A stretch of 41,328 nucleotides of DNA from Eubacteriales bacterium (GTDB lineage Bacteria > Bacillota > Clostridia > Oscillospirales > SIG627): NCBI GenBank assembly GCA_045590715.1, contig JAZNRO010000129.1, positions 1-41,328 of the forward strand, given 5' to 3'. Below are positions 29,788-38,612 of the stretch, one piece after another (position 1 is the first letter of the stretch; each line of letters starts with the position of its first letter). The notes beneath the pieces are model-generated. The model ran no database searches. It worked only from the letters and a program-made list of their open reading frames with translations, and had not been told where the DNA came from. The position numbers were made by a program, and so were the translations under genes.

Positions 29788-30485
29788 TGGCTAAAATGCG
29801 TTTTGATATTATGACCCTTTTCCCCGATCTTTGTGATACCATTTTATCGGAAAGTATTATCGGCAGGGCCAGAAAGGCCGGGATCATTGAGGTTTTTGCC
29901 CACAATATCCGGGATTATTCCAAGGATAAATTCCGCCGGGTAGACGATACCCCTTACGGCGGCGGAAAAGGAATGCTGATGAAGCCGGATCCCATTTGCG
30001 ATTGTTATGATGCGGTGACAGAAGGCTGTGAAAAAAAGCCTTATACCGTATATATGTCCCCCAAGGGAACAGTCTTTACCCAGGAAAAGGCGAAAGAACT
30101 TTCCGCCCTTGATCGCATCGTGATCCTTTGCGGTCACTATGAAGGCGTGGACCAAAGAGCCATTGACGCCATTGTGGATGAGGAGATCTCCATCGGGGAT
30201 TACGTTCTCACCGGTGGGGAAGTGCCCGCTACTATTTTGGTGGATGCGGTGTCCCGTCTTTTACCCGGGGTGCTTTCGGATTCTGAGTGCTATGAGGTAG
30301 AGAGTCATAGCGATCATCTTTTGGAATACCCTCAGTATACCCGCCCCTATGATTTCAGGGGAGAGAAGGTACCGGAGGTGCTCATCAGCGGTCACCACGA
30401 AAAAATCGACGCCTGGCGCCGGGAAAAGGCACTGGCGCTTACCCGGCAGATGAGGCCGGATCTTTTGGAGAAGAAAGGAAAATAA
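29787..30485 (+). CDS. trmD: tRNA (guanine37-N1)-methyltransferase
   Basis: [41 protein letters not shown]. Confidence 0.99.
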   Translation: MAKMRFDIMTLFPDLCDTILSESIIGRARKAGIIEVFAHNIRDYSKDKFRRVDDTPYGGGKGMLMKPDPICDCYDAVTEGCEKKPYTVYMSPKGTVFTQEKAKELSALDRIVILCGHYEGVDQRAIDAIVDEEISIGDYVLTGGEVPATILVDAVSRLLPGVLSDSECYEVESHSDHLLEYPQYTRPYDFRGEKVPEVLISGHHEKIDAWRREKALALTRQMRPDLLEKKGK

Positions 30486-30487
30486 GG

Positions 30488-32125
30488 ATGGAAGGAAAAG
30501 GAAGAGGCGGATATTTCTCTCGCTTTTTGTATGGACTGGGCCGGACTCTCCGGTTTTATCCGGACAGTTCTTTTGCGCGCGCCCGCTCGGAAAAGCCGGA
30601 GAAGGCCAAGTCCTATTTTCTTCTTTCTTACCGTCAGCAGTTCCAAAATGCCATGGCAAAAATGCGGGAGCAGAGCTTTTTCTTAACCAGGCTTTCTGCC
30701 TTTTATCGCAATCTTTTTTCTACTCGTGTCCGTAGTTTCGGCCTTTTGTTTTTCACCGGTGGATTTTTGCAGATCTTATTTTACTTTCTGTCCCGGACGC
30801 TATCTTTCTTTTCCGCGGGAGAGGAAAATCTCCTGTTTGGCGTCTGTTATATTTTTATCGCCGTTTTGTGCGCTTTTGCCCGGGGCGACGTAGAAAATGC
30901 AGTGAAGAAGAGCTTTCTCTTCCGCTTTGTACTCCGGCCTCTTTTCGGGGTAGAGGCTTGGCGCCTTCCTACGGGACGGAAACACGACAGCACCTATCCT
31001 ATGATCTTTGCGGGCATTGCTTTCGCCCTTTTTTCCCTTTTGTTTTCTCCCGGTAAGGTTTTGGTATTTTTACTGCTTACCGCTCTTGTGCTTTTTGTTT
31101 TTTCTCTTCCCGAGGCGGGACTTTATTTGATCGGACTGTTGTTTTTCCTGATCCCCTCCGCTTCTTTGACGGTGCTGATCTTTTTGACTCTTTTGTCCTT
31201 TATGTGTAAATGCGCCATCGGAAAGAGAAGTATCTCTTTGGGATTTACCCAGGGCCTTGTGCTTCTTTGTCTTGCCCTTCTCTTTTTTGTAGGAAAAGCA
31301 TCCCTTGTTTTTCAGCTTTTCTTCTTATACTTCTTGATTTCTTGTCTTATCCGCACCATCGCATCTCTTCGCAGACTTTTGTTCTGCTTCGTTTTGGGCG
31401 CTCTTTTTTGTGCGGGACTTCTTTGCCTTGATTTTGTTTTGGCGCAGCCTTATGCGATCCCTCTTTTACGGGGACTGGATCTGGAAAGCATTCTGGTGGT
31501 TTCCGCAAGGGAAGAGACCGGTGTTTTTCTGGTACTGATCTTTCCTTTGGCGGCAGGGCTTTTCCGCTCTATGAGATGGGGCGGGAAAATGGCATTGTTC
31601 CCCCTTTTGTTTTTGGTATCCTTTGCTTCGCTTTCGTTTATCGGATCGGTGCAGCTTTGGAATGCCTTGATTCTGGCCCTTATGCTTTTCGGTCTTTTTT
31701 CTTACCGCTCTTTTTTGATTACCCTTTCGGCTTTTTCTTTGAGTTTTATCACGGCCCTAAATCTTTTCCCCGCTACGGTGGGAGAAAGTCTTTTGGCTCT
31801 TTTCGGAGACGGGGGAAAAAGTCAAACGGATACGGGTCTGTTTGCCCTCTTTTCCCAGCAGCTCGGTCCCTTTTTCTGGCTGGGCCTTGCGGTGGTTTTG
31901 TGCCTATTCTTTTCTCGCATCTACCTATTTAAGAGAGATACTACCCGCGTGGAGGTGTACCCCCTGGTGCTGTCTTCTGCGGTTTCCGTGATTGCTTTCT
32001 TGTACCTGGGCTTTTGTCCCGTTCCGGTAACAAGGCAGGTGATCCTAATTTTCGTTTGTCTTTTGGCTATTCCCGAAAACGCATATTTTTGTGCCCGTCG
32101 GGAAGAGATCAAACTTCCGTTTTAA
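30488..32125 (+). CDS. Polytopic membrane protein, possibly a degenerate O-antigen ligase-like protein
   Basis: 545 aa with many Leu/Phe-rich TM segments; family assignment is tentative. Confidence 0.6.
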   Translation: MEGKGRGGYFSRFLYGLGRTLRFYPDSSFARARSEKPEKAKSYFLLSYRQQFQNAMAKMREQSFFLTRLSAFYRNLFSTRVRSFGLLFFTGGFLQILFYFLSRTLSFFSAGEENLLFGVCYIFIAVLCAFARGDVENAVKKSFLFRFVLRPLFGVEAWRLPTGRKHDSTYPMIFAGIAFALFSLLFSPGKVLVFLLLTALVLFVFSLPEAGLYLIGLLFFLIPSASLTVLIFLTLLSFMCKCAIGKRSISLGFTQGLVLLCLALLFFVGKASLVFQLFFLYFLISCLIRTIASLRRLLFCFVLGALFCAGLLCLDFVLAQPYAIPLLRGLDLESILVVSAREETGVFLVLIFPLAAGLFRSMRWGGKMALFPLLFLVSFASLSFIGSVQLWNALILALMLFGLFSYRSFLITLSAFSLSFITALNLFPATVGESLLALFGDGGKSQTDTGLFALFSQQLGPFFWLGLAVVLCLFFSRIYLFKRDTTRVEVYPLVLSSAVSVIAFLYLGFCPVPVTRQVILIFVCLLAIPENAYFCARREEIKLPF

Positions 32126-32139
32126 AGGAGGGAAAGACA

Positions 32140-32571
32140 GTGAAACAGAATTTAAAACGGGAAAACAGTGCTTTTTCCTTTTCGTATTTGGACGTTTTTT
32201 TTCTATTGATCTTGGGCCTTGTATTAAGCGTGGTCTTATACTTTGTTCTGGAAACGCCTGCTTTGTGGGGCGGGAAAGATCAGTTTTGTGTGGGCGCATC
32301 CGCCTATTTGGACCGGGCGGTTTTTGACAGTATCCCATTACCTTCGGAAATGCTTTTGGACGGAGAGGGAAAAGAGATCGGCAAGATCCTGTCTGTACAG
32401 AAGGAAATACGGGGAGACCGTGTTTTTTGTAAAATGACCTTTGAGATCAAGGGTGCCGATTTTAAAGTGGGGCAGAAAATTCGGGTGGAGACCCGGAATT
32501 TTGTCAGTGATTTTTGGATCTATTCCGTTTTGGCGGAAGAAAATGAGAAAGAAGGAGGACTTATAGAATGA
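32140..32571 (+). CDS. Membrane-anchored protein, DUF4330-like
   Basis: GTG 32140 after AAGGAGG; FSYLD + TM; IGKI...FKVGQKIRVET pattern. Confidence 0.6.
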   Translation: MKQNLKRENSAFSFSYLDVFFLLILGLVLSVVLYFVLETPALWGGKDQFCVGASAYLDRAVFDSIPLPSEMLLDGEGKEIGKILSVQKEIRGDRVFCKMTFEIKGADFKVGQKIRVETRNFVSDFWIYSVLAEENEKEGGLIE

Positions 32572-33035
32572 AAGAGAAAAAAACAGCCCTTGGCTTTTCT
32601 GTAATGGATCTGATTCTTTTGATCTTAGTGGTAGTTTGTATTCTTTCTGCGGTCTTCCGTACGCAGATCCATCATTTTTTGGGTCAGGAAGAGAGAATTT
32701 CCATTCAGTATACCTTTTTGATTCAAAACGCCAGTGAAGATGCCAGAAACTATCCGAAGGAAGGGGAAGAGATCCGTCTTTCCGATTCCTATCAGTCCCT
32801 TGGTGTCATCGGGCAGATTATGAAATCGGAGAAAGAATACCGAGAGATTCAGGATCCGGAAGATACCTTAAAGCTTACCAGTCTTACCTGCCAGGCCAAG
32901 GCTCAGGCTTATGAAACCAAGCAAGGCTTTACGGTAGGCTCCGTTCAGGTGAAACCGGGTGCCCAGTTTTTCGTACAGACGGAAAGTGCCAGCTTTACCA
33001 TGATCGTGACCATGGTAAAGGCCATAGAAGAGTAG
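32568..33035 (+). CDS. Membrane-anchored protein, DUF4330-like
   Basis: FSVMD + TM; LGVI...VKPGAQFFVQT; same layout as the upstream ORF. Confidence 0.65.
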   Translation: MKEKKTALGFSVMDLILLILVVVCILSAVFRTQIHHFLGQEERISIQYTFLIQNASEDARNYPKEGEEIRLSDSYQSLGVIGQIMKSEKEYREIQDPEDTLKLTSLTCQAKAQAYETKQGFTVGSVQVKPGAQFFVQTESASFTMIVTMVKAIEE

Positions 33036-33045
33036 AGGTGTAAAA

Positions 33046-34875
33046 ATGAGTGAAAATCAGAAAAAAGGCGGAATCAGCGTTGATACCCAGCATATTTTCC
33101 CGGTGATCAAGCGCTGGCTCTATTCCGATAAAGAAATCTTTTTAAGAGAATTGGTATCCAACGGCTGCGATGCGGTAACCAAGATGAAACGGCTTGTTTC
33201 CTTGGGAAAAGCGGAGTTTGACGGGGATTACCGGATCGATGTGATCATTGATAAAGAGCTTTCTCTTCTCCGGGTAGTGGATAACGGTATCGGTATGACT
33301 TCTGACGAGATCGACCGCTACATCAATCAGATCGCCCTTTCCGGCGCCCTGGAATTTATTGAAAAATACGAAGGGGAAGAGAACGCCAGCGGTATCATCG
33401 GCCATTTCGGTCTGGGATTTTATTCTGCCTTTATGGTGGCAAAGACCGTAGAGATCAAGACGCTCTCCTTTACCCCCGGCGCCGTACCGGCTTACTGGAA
33501 TTGTACCGATTCCGGCGAATACGAAATGAAAGACGGGGACAGAAAAGAGAGAGGAACGGAGATCTGTCTTTACATTACCGAAGAGGAAAAGGAATTTTTG
33601 GATGAGGGCAAGATCCGCTCCGTTCTTTCCCGCTACTGCGCCTTTATGCCGGTACCCATTTACCTTTCCGTAGTAGGGGAAAATACCCCAAGCGAGCCGG
33701 TGAACGATCCGGAACCTTTGTGGCTGAAAAATCCTTCCGAGATTACCGACGAAGAGTATAAGGCTTTTTATAAAAAAGTATTTCTTGATGAGAGAGACCC
33801 TCTCTTCTATATCCATATCAACGCAGAATTTCCTTTGAATTTTAAGGGTATTTTGTATTTCCCCAAGATCCAGGATGAGTACGCAAGTCTTGAGGGCCAG
33901 GTAAAACTCTATTACAACCAGGTATTCGTAGCAGATAATATCAAGGAAGTGATCCCTGATTATATGATGCTTCTGCGTGGGGTGCTGGATTGCCCGGAAC
34001 TACCTCTCAACGTATCCAGAAGCTATTTGCAAAACAGCGGGTACGTCAATAAGATCTCCGGTCATATTACCAAAAAGATCTGCGATAAATTTACCACCCT
34101 TTTCCGTAACGACCGAAAGACTCTGGAAGGCTTCTGGAACGACGTGAAGCCCTTTGTTCTCTACGGCGCTTGCCGGGACCCCAAGTTCTTTGAAAAAATG
34201 AAAGAAAATATTCTCTACCAGACCACCGAGGGCGAGTATTTGACCGCCCAGGAATACCTGGAGAAAAACCAGGGCAAGGGCGAAGAGAACACCATGTATT
34301 ATACAAACGACGTTCTGCAGCAGGTTGGCTATATCAATCTGTTCCGGGAACAGGGTATTACCGTTTCCGTCATGGACGGCGTTATTGATTCCAGATTCCT
34401 ATCCTTTATGGAAATGCAGGATAAGGCCGTGCATTTTGTCCGTATCGACTCGGAAATGGATAAGGTTCTCCGCACGGAAGAAGAGGCGGAAGAAAATGAA
34501 GACCTAAAAGAGGTATTCCGCCAGGTGATCCCGGAAAACGTTCATTTGGTTCAGTCCTCTATGAAGAGCACCAAGACCCCGGCGCTCATCACCCTTTCCG
34601 AGGAAAAGCGCCGTCTGGCCGAGGTTTTGAAGCAGTACGGCTCGGCTCTTCCCGGTATAACCATTCCGGAAGACGAGATCACCCTGTCACTGAATGTAAA
34701 TTGCCCCCTCATCGCCCGTATCGCCGCCCTTTCTTCTGATGAAAAGAGCCGGGAAAAGGCAAAGAAACTTGCAAGACAGGTGTATATGATCGCGGTGATC
34801 TCCCAGCGCGGCTTTACCAAAGAGGAACTGCAGGAATTTATCGATTCCAGTATCGACCTGCTTTACAACGCTTAA
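33046..34875 (+). CDS. htpG: Chaperone HtpG (Hsp90)
   Basis: LYSDKEIFLRELVSN, DNGIGM, IGHFGLGFYS, LPLNVSRS. Confidence 0.98.
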   Translation: MSENQKKGGISVDTQHIFPVIKRWLYSDKEIFLRELVSNGCDAVTKMKRLVSLGKAEFDGDYRIDVIIDKELSLLRVVDNGIGMTSDEIDRYINQIALSGALEFIEKYEGEENASGIIGHFGLGFYSAFMVAKTVEIKTLSFTPGAVPAYWNCTDSGEYEMKDGDRKERGTEICLYITEEEKEFLDEGKIRSVLSRYCAFMPVPIYLSVVGENTPSEPVNDPEPLWLKNPSEITDEEYKAFYKKVFLDERDPLFYIHINAEFPLNFKGILYFPKIQDEYASLEGQVKLYYNQVFVADNIKEVIPDYMMLLRGVLDCPELPLNVSRSYLQNSGYVNKISGHITKKICDKFTTLFRNDRKTLEGFWNDVKPFVLYGACRDPKFFEKMKENILYQTTEGEYLTAQEYLEKNQGKGEENTMYYTNDVLQQVGYINLFREQGITVSVMDGVIDSRFLSFMEMQDKAVHFVRIDSEMDKVLRTEEEAEENEDLKEVFRQVIPENVHLVQSSMKSTKTPALITLSEEKRRLAEVLKQYGSALPGITIPEDEITLSLNVNCPLIARIAALSSDEKSREKAKKLARQVYMIAVISQRGFTKEELQEFIDSSIDLLYNA

Positions 34876-34900
34876 AAATATTTGAAAAGGAAGAGAAATT

Positions 34901-35785
34901 ATGCAAAACATATTTGAATCCATCGGTGATTTTTTCCGGTATATCTGGAATCAGATCACATCCATCGGAATTTCCGATGTGCTGGATGTTCTGATCGTTT
35001 CATTCCTTGTATACTACGTGATCGCCTTTGTCCGCCAGAGAAGAGCGGGAAAACTGGCCCTTGGTATTTTTGCGATTCTTCTCGTTATGTGGGTCAGTGA
35101 TTTTGCAGGGCTCAATGCACTGAATTTCATTCTGGAGACCCTTTTTGATGTGGGACTGATCGCTCTCATCGTTATTTTTCAGCCGGAGCTCCGTTCCGCT
35201 CTGGAGAAAATGGGCGGAAATTTCCGGAATCTGAAGAATATTACCGAAGGCCAGGAAAGCCGGGATGAAAAAATGATCGAGGAGATCTGCCTTGCGGCGG
35301 AATCTTTGAGTCAGAGCCGTACCGGCGCCCTGATCGTTTTGGAAAGAAGTACCCGCCTGGGCGATGAGATCCGCACCGGCGTAGAACTGGATGCGGCAGT
35401 CAATCACCGCCTGATTCAGAACGTATTCTTTAATAACGCCCCCCTTCACGACGGCGCTATGGTGATCCGAGAGGGAAGGATCCACGCTTGCGGATGCTTC
35501 CTGCCTCTTACCGGTAACCCCAACCTTCCCAATGAACTGGGTACCCGTCACAGAGCCGCTCTCGGTATTTCCGAGATCAGCGACGCTTTTGTGGTGGTCA
35601 TTTCCGAGGAGACCGGCAGCATTTCCGTTGTGAAAAACGGTGAGATCGACCGGAATATCAACCCCAGAGTATTGCGTCACCGTCTGACCAATGAACTGGG
35701 CGTTTTGAAAGAAAAGAAAAAGAGAATGATCCGCAGAAAGGAGGAGAAAAAGGATGAAGCTATTTTCCCGGATATCAAGGATTAG
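34901..35785 (+). CDS. cdaA: Diadenylate cyclase CdaA (DacA)
   Basis: 3 N-terminal TM, FQPELR, PLHDGA, GTRHRAA, SEETG. Confidence 0.97.
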   Translation: MQNIFESIGDFFRYIWNQITSIGISDVLDVLIVSFLVYYVIAFVRQRRAGKLALGIFAILLVMWVSDFAGLNALNFILETLFDVGLIALIVIFQPELRSALEKMGGNFRNLKNITEGQESRDEKMIEEICLAAESLSQSRTGALIVLERSTRLGDEIRTGVELDAAVNHRLIQNVFFNNAPLHDGAMVIREGRIHACGCFLPLTGNPNLPNELGTRHRAALGISEISDAFVVVISEETGSISVVKNGEIDRNINPRVLRHRLTNELGVLKEKKKRMIRRKEEKKDEAIFPDIKD

Positions 35786-37040
35786 TCTGTCCGATAAAAA
35801 GGCAAAGCCCGTAAGAAAAGATTCCTTTTTCGCCGTACTTTTCTCGGTGCTTGTGGCTCTCCTTCTCTGGTTTTACGTGCAGGATGCGGAAGCGCCGGAC
35901 TATAAAAAGACCTTTTCCGACGTACCGGTGCAGATGCAGTCCCTTTCCTCTTCTTTCTCCGTGATTGACGGCGGAGAAAATACGGTGGATATTACCCTTG
36001 TAGGAAAGCGCAGTGATTTAAATAAGATCCGCTCTTCTGACCTTGAGGCCTATGTAGATTTAAGCAGCGTTACCCAGCCCGGCAGCTATCAGCAGGAGAT
36101 CCAGGTACTGGTACCCCGCGGAACGGAATTTGCCGGCAGTTTCCCGAAACTTGCCGAGGTTTTCGTAGACCAGACCATTTCCGTTTCCGTTCCCGTTTCC
36201 GTGGAAATGGGTGAATATACGGTTTCCGGTGAATTGGCCCTGGAGGCCGTTCCCCAGGTGGATCAGATCCAGGTAAAAGGACCCAAGAGCCTTTTGGACC
36301 AGATCGCATACGCCAAGATCAAAACCGGAAAACTGGGTGAGATTACCGCAAGCTTTGAGAGCAATTTGGAGTATACCCTCTACGATAAGAATGATGCGGA
36401 GATCCGCTCCCGCTACGTGATCACCCCGGAAAAGAATATTTCAGTAAAGTTTTCCGTATATAAGACAAAGAGCGTGGCACTGACCCTTGATACCAAGTAC
36501 GGCTACTGGAAAGACGGCGGCTATAAAGTAAGTATTTCCCCGGAAAAGATCCTGATTAAAGGCGAGCCTTTGGTGGTAGATAGCCTGGAGAGTATTTCCG
36601 TTCAGACCGTGGATGAAACTACGGTGGACGCTACCCGCCTAAATCTTTCTCTGTCACCGGAAAAGATCAAATTGCCGGAAGGCTGTGCCCTGGCTGAAAC
36701 CCTGGGCGACGTAAAGGTAAATGTGACCCTTTCCGATAACGGCTCCCGCAATTTTAAAATGAAACTGGATTCCGGTCACGTGGCAGTAACGCCGCCGGCA
36801 AACGGCTTACAATACAGTTTCCAGGATACCGCCCTTTCCTTTAAGATCCGCGGTAGTTACCAGACTCTTCACACCGCAAAGGAAGACGATTTCTATTTGA
36901 ATATCGACCTTTCTTCTATTACCGCTCCCGGTGAATTGGAAGTGCCGGTGGAGATCGTACAGACCACCGCCACGGAAGGAAAATTCTATCCCGTAGGACG
37001 GTATAGCATCAAAGTTACCGTAAGTCCGGCAGAAGGATAA
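35754..37040 (+). CDS. cdaR: CdaR (YbbR-domain) regulator
   Basis: ALLLWFYV TM, AYVDLS, repeated beta-rich domains; overlaps cdaA. Confidence 0.88.
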   Translation: MKLFSRISRISLSDKKAKPVRKDSFFAVLFSVLVALLLWFYVQDAEAPDYKKTFSDVPVQMQSLSSSFSVIDGGENTVDITLVGKRSDLNKIRSSDLEAYVDLSSVTQPGSYQQEIQVLVPRGTEFAGSFPKLAEVFVDQTISVSVPVSVEMGEYTVSGELALEAVPQVDQIQVKGPKSLLDQIAYAKIKTGKLGEITASFESNLEYTLYDKNDAEIRSRYVITPEKNISVKFSVYKTKSVALTLDTKYGYWKDGGYKVSISPEKILIKGEPLVVDSLESISVQTVDETTVDATRLNLSLSPEKIKLPEGCALAETLGDVKVNVTLSDNGSRNFKMKLDSGHVAVTPPANGLQYSFQDTALSFKIRGSYQTLHTAKEDDFYLNIDLSSITAPGELEVPVEIVQTTATEGKFYPVGRYSIKVTVSPAEG

Positions 37041-37045
37041 AAAGA

Positions 37046-37075
37046 AAAAAAGCGTGCCTTCGGGCACGCTTTTTC
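37046..37075. terminator. Bidirectional terminator
   Basis: AAAAAAGCGTGCC-ttcg-GGCACGCTTTTT. Confidence 0.88.
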
Positions 37076-37083
37076 ATTGGGTG

Positions 37084-37173
37084 TCAGCAGAAGCAGAAAA
37101 GCAGAATGACAACTGCGATCAGGATGACCCAAAGCAAAACGTCTTTGTTGAAAAGATTGCAAGCACAGTTCAT
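37084..37173 (-). CDS. Small Cys-rich hydrophobic peptide, 29 aa (not in ORF track)
   Basis: MNCACNLFNKDVLLWVILIAVVILLFCFC; RBS AAAGGGGT; ends just before the bidirectional terminator. Confidence 0.75.
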   Translation of the reverse strand: MNCACNLFNKDVLLWVILIAVVILLFCFC

Positions 37174-37217
37174 AGTGTTACCCCTTTCTTTGATACCGGG
37201 TTTTCCGGCTCATTTTC

Positions 37218-37244
37218 AGTGTATGAAAGGGCAGAGAATTTGTG
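37218..37244 (-). promoter_or_regulatory. Putative sporulation sigmaK/sigmaE-type promoter for the small peptide
   Basis: AC-N16-CATACACT on minus strand. Confidence 0.45.
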
Positions 37245-37309
37245 AAAGGGGAGAAATACTCCCGCTTTTGAGAAAAAGGGAAGAAACGGCGATTTTTTTC
37301 CAAAACCCC

Positions 37310-37338
37310 TTGACAAAACCGCAAAGCCACACTATAAT
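37310..37338 (+). promoter_or_regulatory. sigmaA promoter of tRNA-Leu(GAG)
   Basis: Perfect TTGACA-N17-TATAAT. Confidence 0.9.
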
Positions 37339-37354
37339 ATCGAATGTTCCCTTT

Positions 37355-37441
37355 GCGAGAGTGGCGGAATTGGCAGACGCGCTAGCTTGAGGTGCTAGTG
37401 GTAGTAATATCATGTGGGTTCAAGTCCCGTCTCTCGCACCA
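37355..37441 (+). tRNA. tRNA-Leu(GAG)
   Basis: 87 nt; CTAGC-TTGAGGT-GCTAG anticodon arm, long variable arm, GTTCAAGTC, ACCA end. Confidence 0.97.
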
Positions 37442-37442
37442 G

Positions 37443-37473
37443 AAAAAAGACATCCTTCGGGATGTCTTTTTTC
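37443..37473 (+). terminator. Terminator after tRNA-Leu(GAG)
   Basis: AAAAAAGACATCC-ttcg-GGATGTCTTTTTT. Confidence 0.9.
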
Positions 37474-37640
37474 AACTAAATCCGTCCTTGCGGACGGGAT
37501 AAATCCCATTATCGTGGGATGAAATCACTTCCGTGATGAAATCCGACTTCGTCGGGATGAGGACGGATTTATTTTCATCTGCGAAGCAGATTTCATCCAA
37601 ACTTTGCTTGGATTTCATCGTGGCAAAGCCACGATTTCAT
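37473..37640 (+). repeat. Multi-hairpin palindromic element, copy 1 (GATGAAATC / GATTTCATC array)
   Basis: Six ATC..GAT-closed hairpins joined by GAA then TTC; enclosing helix TAAATCCGTCC/GGACGGATTTA. Confidence 0.85.
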
Positions 37641-37663
37641 TTTTTCCCGCCTATCTCAAGCCC

Positions 37664-37708
37664 AAAAGCCCGTAGTCCCTTCAAGGAACTGCGGGCTTTT
37701 TTGTTTTT
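37664..37708 (+). terminator. Terminator-like hairpin downstream of element 1
   Basis: AAAAGCCCGTAGT...ACTGCGGGCTTTTTTGTTTTT. Confidence 0.65.
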
Positions 37709-37784
37709 GAATCGTCTTGTAAACCAAAGAAAAATATGATACACTTTTAAAGTAGTTTCAAAATCTTGGCAAAGGAAAGTTTTA

Positions 37785-38588
37785 ATGAAAACATATACCA
37801 AAAAAGAAATTTTTGCCCAGCTTAAGAGTTTGGGAGCGCCCAGGGACAGTGTGGTTCTGGTGCACTCTTCTTTGCGGGCGGTAGGCAAAGTGGAAGGCGG
37901 GGGACAGGGCTTTTTGGATGCGCTGATCTCCTATTTTACGGAGGAAGGGGGCCTTCTTCTGATCCCTTGCCATACTTGGCACAGATTAGATCAGGAGATC
38001 ACCCTGGATATGACCTCTTCTGATAACTGTCTTGGAGCGCTGTCTACCTTGGCGGCATCGGACACGCGGGGTCTTCGTACGGAAAGCCCTACTCATTCCG
38101 TGGTGATCTTTGGCGATCGAGAAAAGGCACAGCGCCTTGCGGATGGGGAGAGAGGGGCGATTACTCCCACCGGGGTAGATACCGTTTACGGCAGGCTTTA
38201 CCGGGAAGGGGGAAAGGTACTGCTTTTGGGCGTGGGACACAACCGCAATACCTATCTTCACGCAGTGGACGAGATCTTAAAGACACCCAATCGAATGGAA
38301 GGGGAGAAGAGCACCCCCGTGGCAGTCAAATACCCTTCCGGCAAGGTGGAAAAGAGAGAACTTTACCTCTTTTATACCGATTATACTGAGGATATTTCCG
38401 ATCGCTTTGTAAAATACGAAATTCCCTTCCGTTATCATCACTGTACCGAATTCGGCTTTGTGGGAAATGCCCCCAGCCAGCTTTGCGACTGCCGGAAAAT
38501 GAAGGAAGTGATGGAGGATATCTATAAAAGAAGTCCTTTTGATCCCTTGAAAACCGAACAGCCTATCCAGGCAAAGTATTATATATAA
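37785..38588 (+). CDS. AAC(3)-family (Antibiotic_NAT/YokD-like) N-acetyltransferase
   Basis: VLVHSSLRAVG, LLIPCHT, SPTHS, VLLLGV...NTYLH. Confidence 0.88.
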   Translation: MKTYTKKEIFAQLKSLGAPRDSVVLVHSSLRAVGKVEGGGQGFLDALISYFTEEGGLLLIPCHTWHRLDQEITLDMTSSDNCLGALSTLAASDTRGLRTESPTHSVVIFGDREKAQRLADGERGAITPTGVDTVYGRLYREGGKVLLLGVGHNRNTYLHAVDEILKTPNRMEGEKSTPVAVKYPSGKVEKRELYLFYTDYTEDISDRFVKYEIPFRYHHCTEFGFVGNAPSQLCDCRKMKEVMEDIYKRSPFDPLKTEQPIQAKYYI

Positions 38589-38612
38589 AAGAAGAAAAGA
38601 TAGGCAAAGCGC

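Noticed and set aside
37473-37640. Possible CRISPR array
   Set aside because: Constant parts are only about 9 nt and switch orientation midway, variable parts are short self-complementary hairpins, and no cas genes are present.
37533-37888. ORFs 37533-37739 and 37637-37888 (and 39631-40005) overlapping the hairpin elements
   Set aside because: Translations of palindromic DNA, tRNA or terminators; no RBS or protein-like features.
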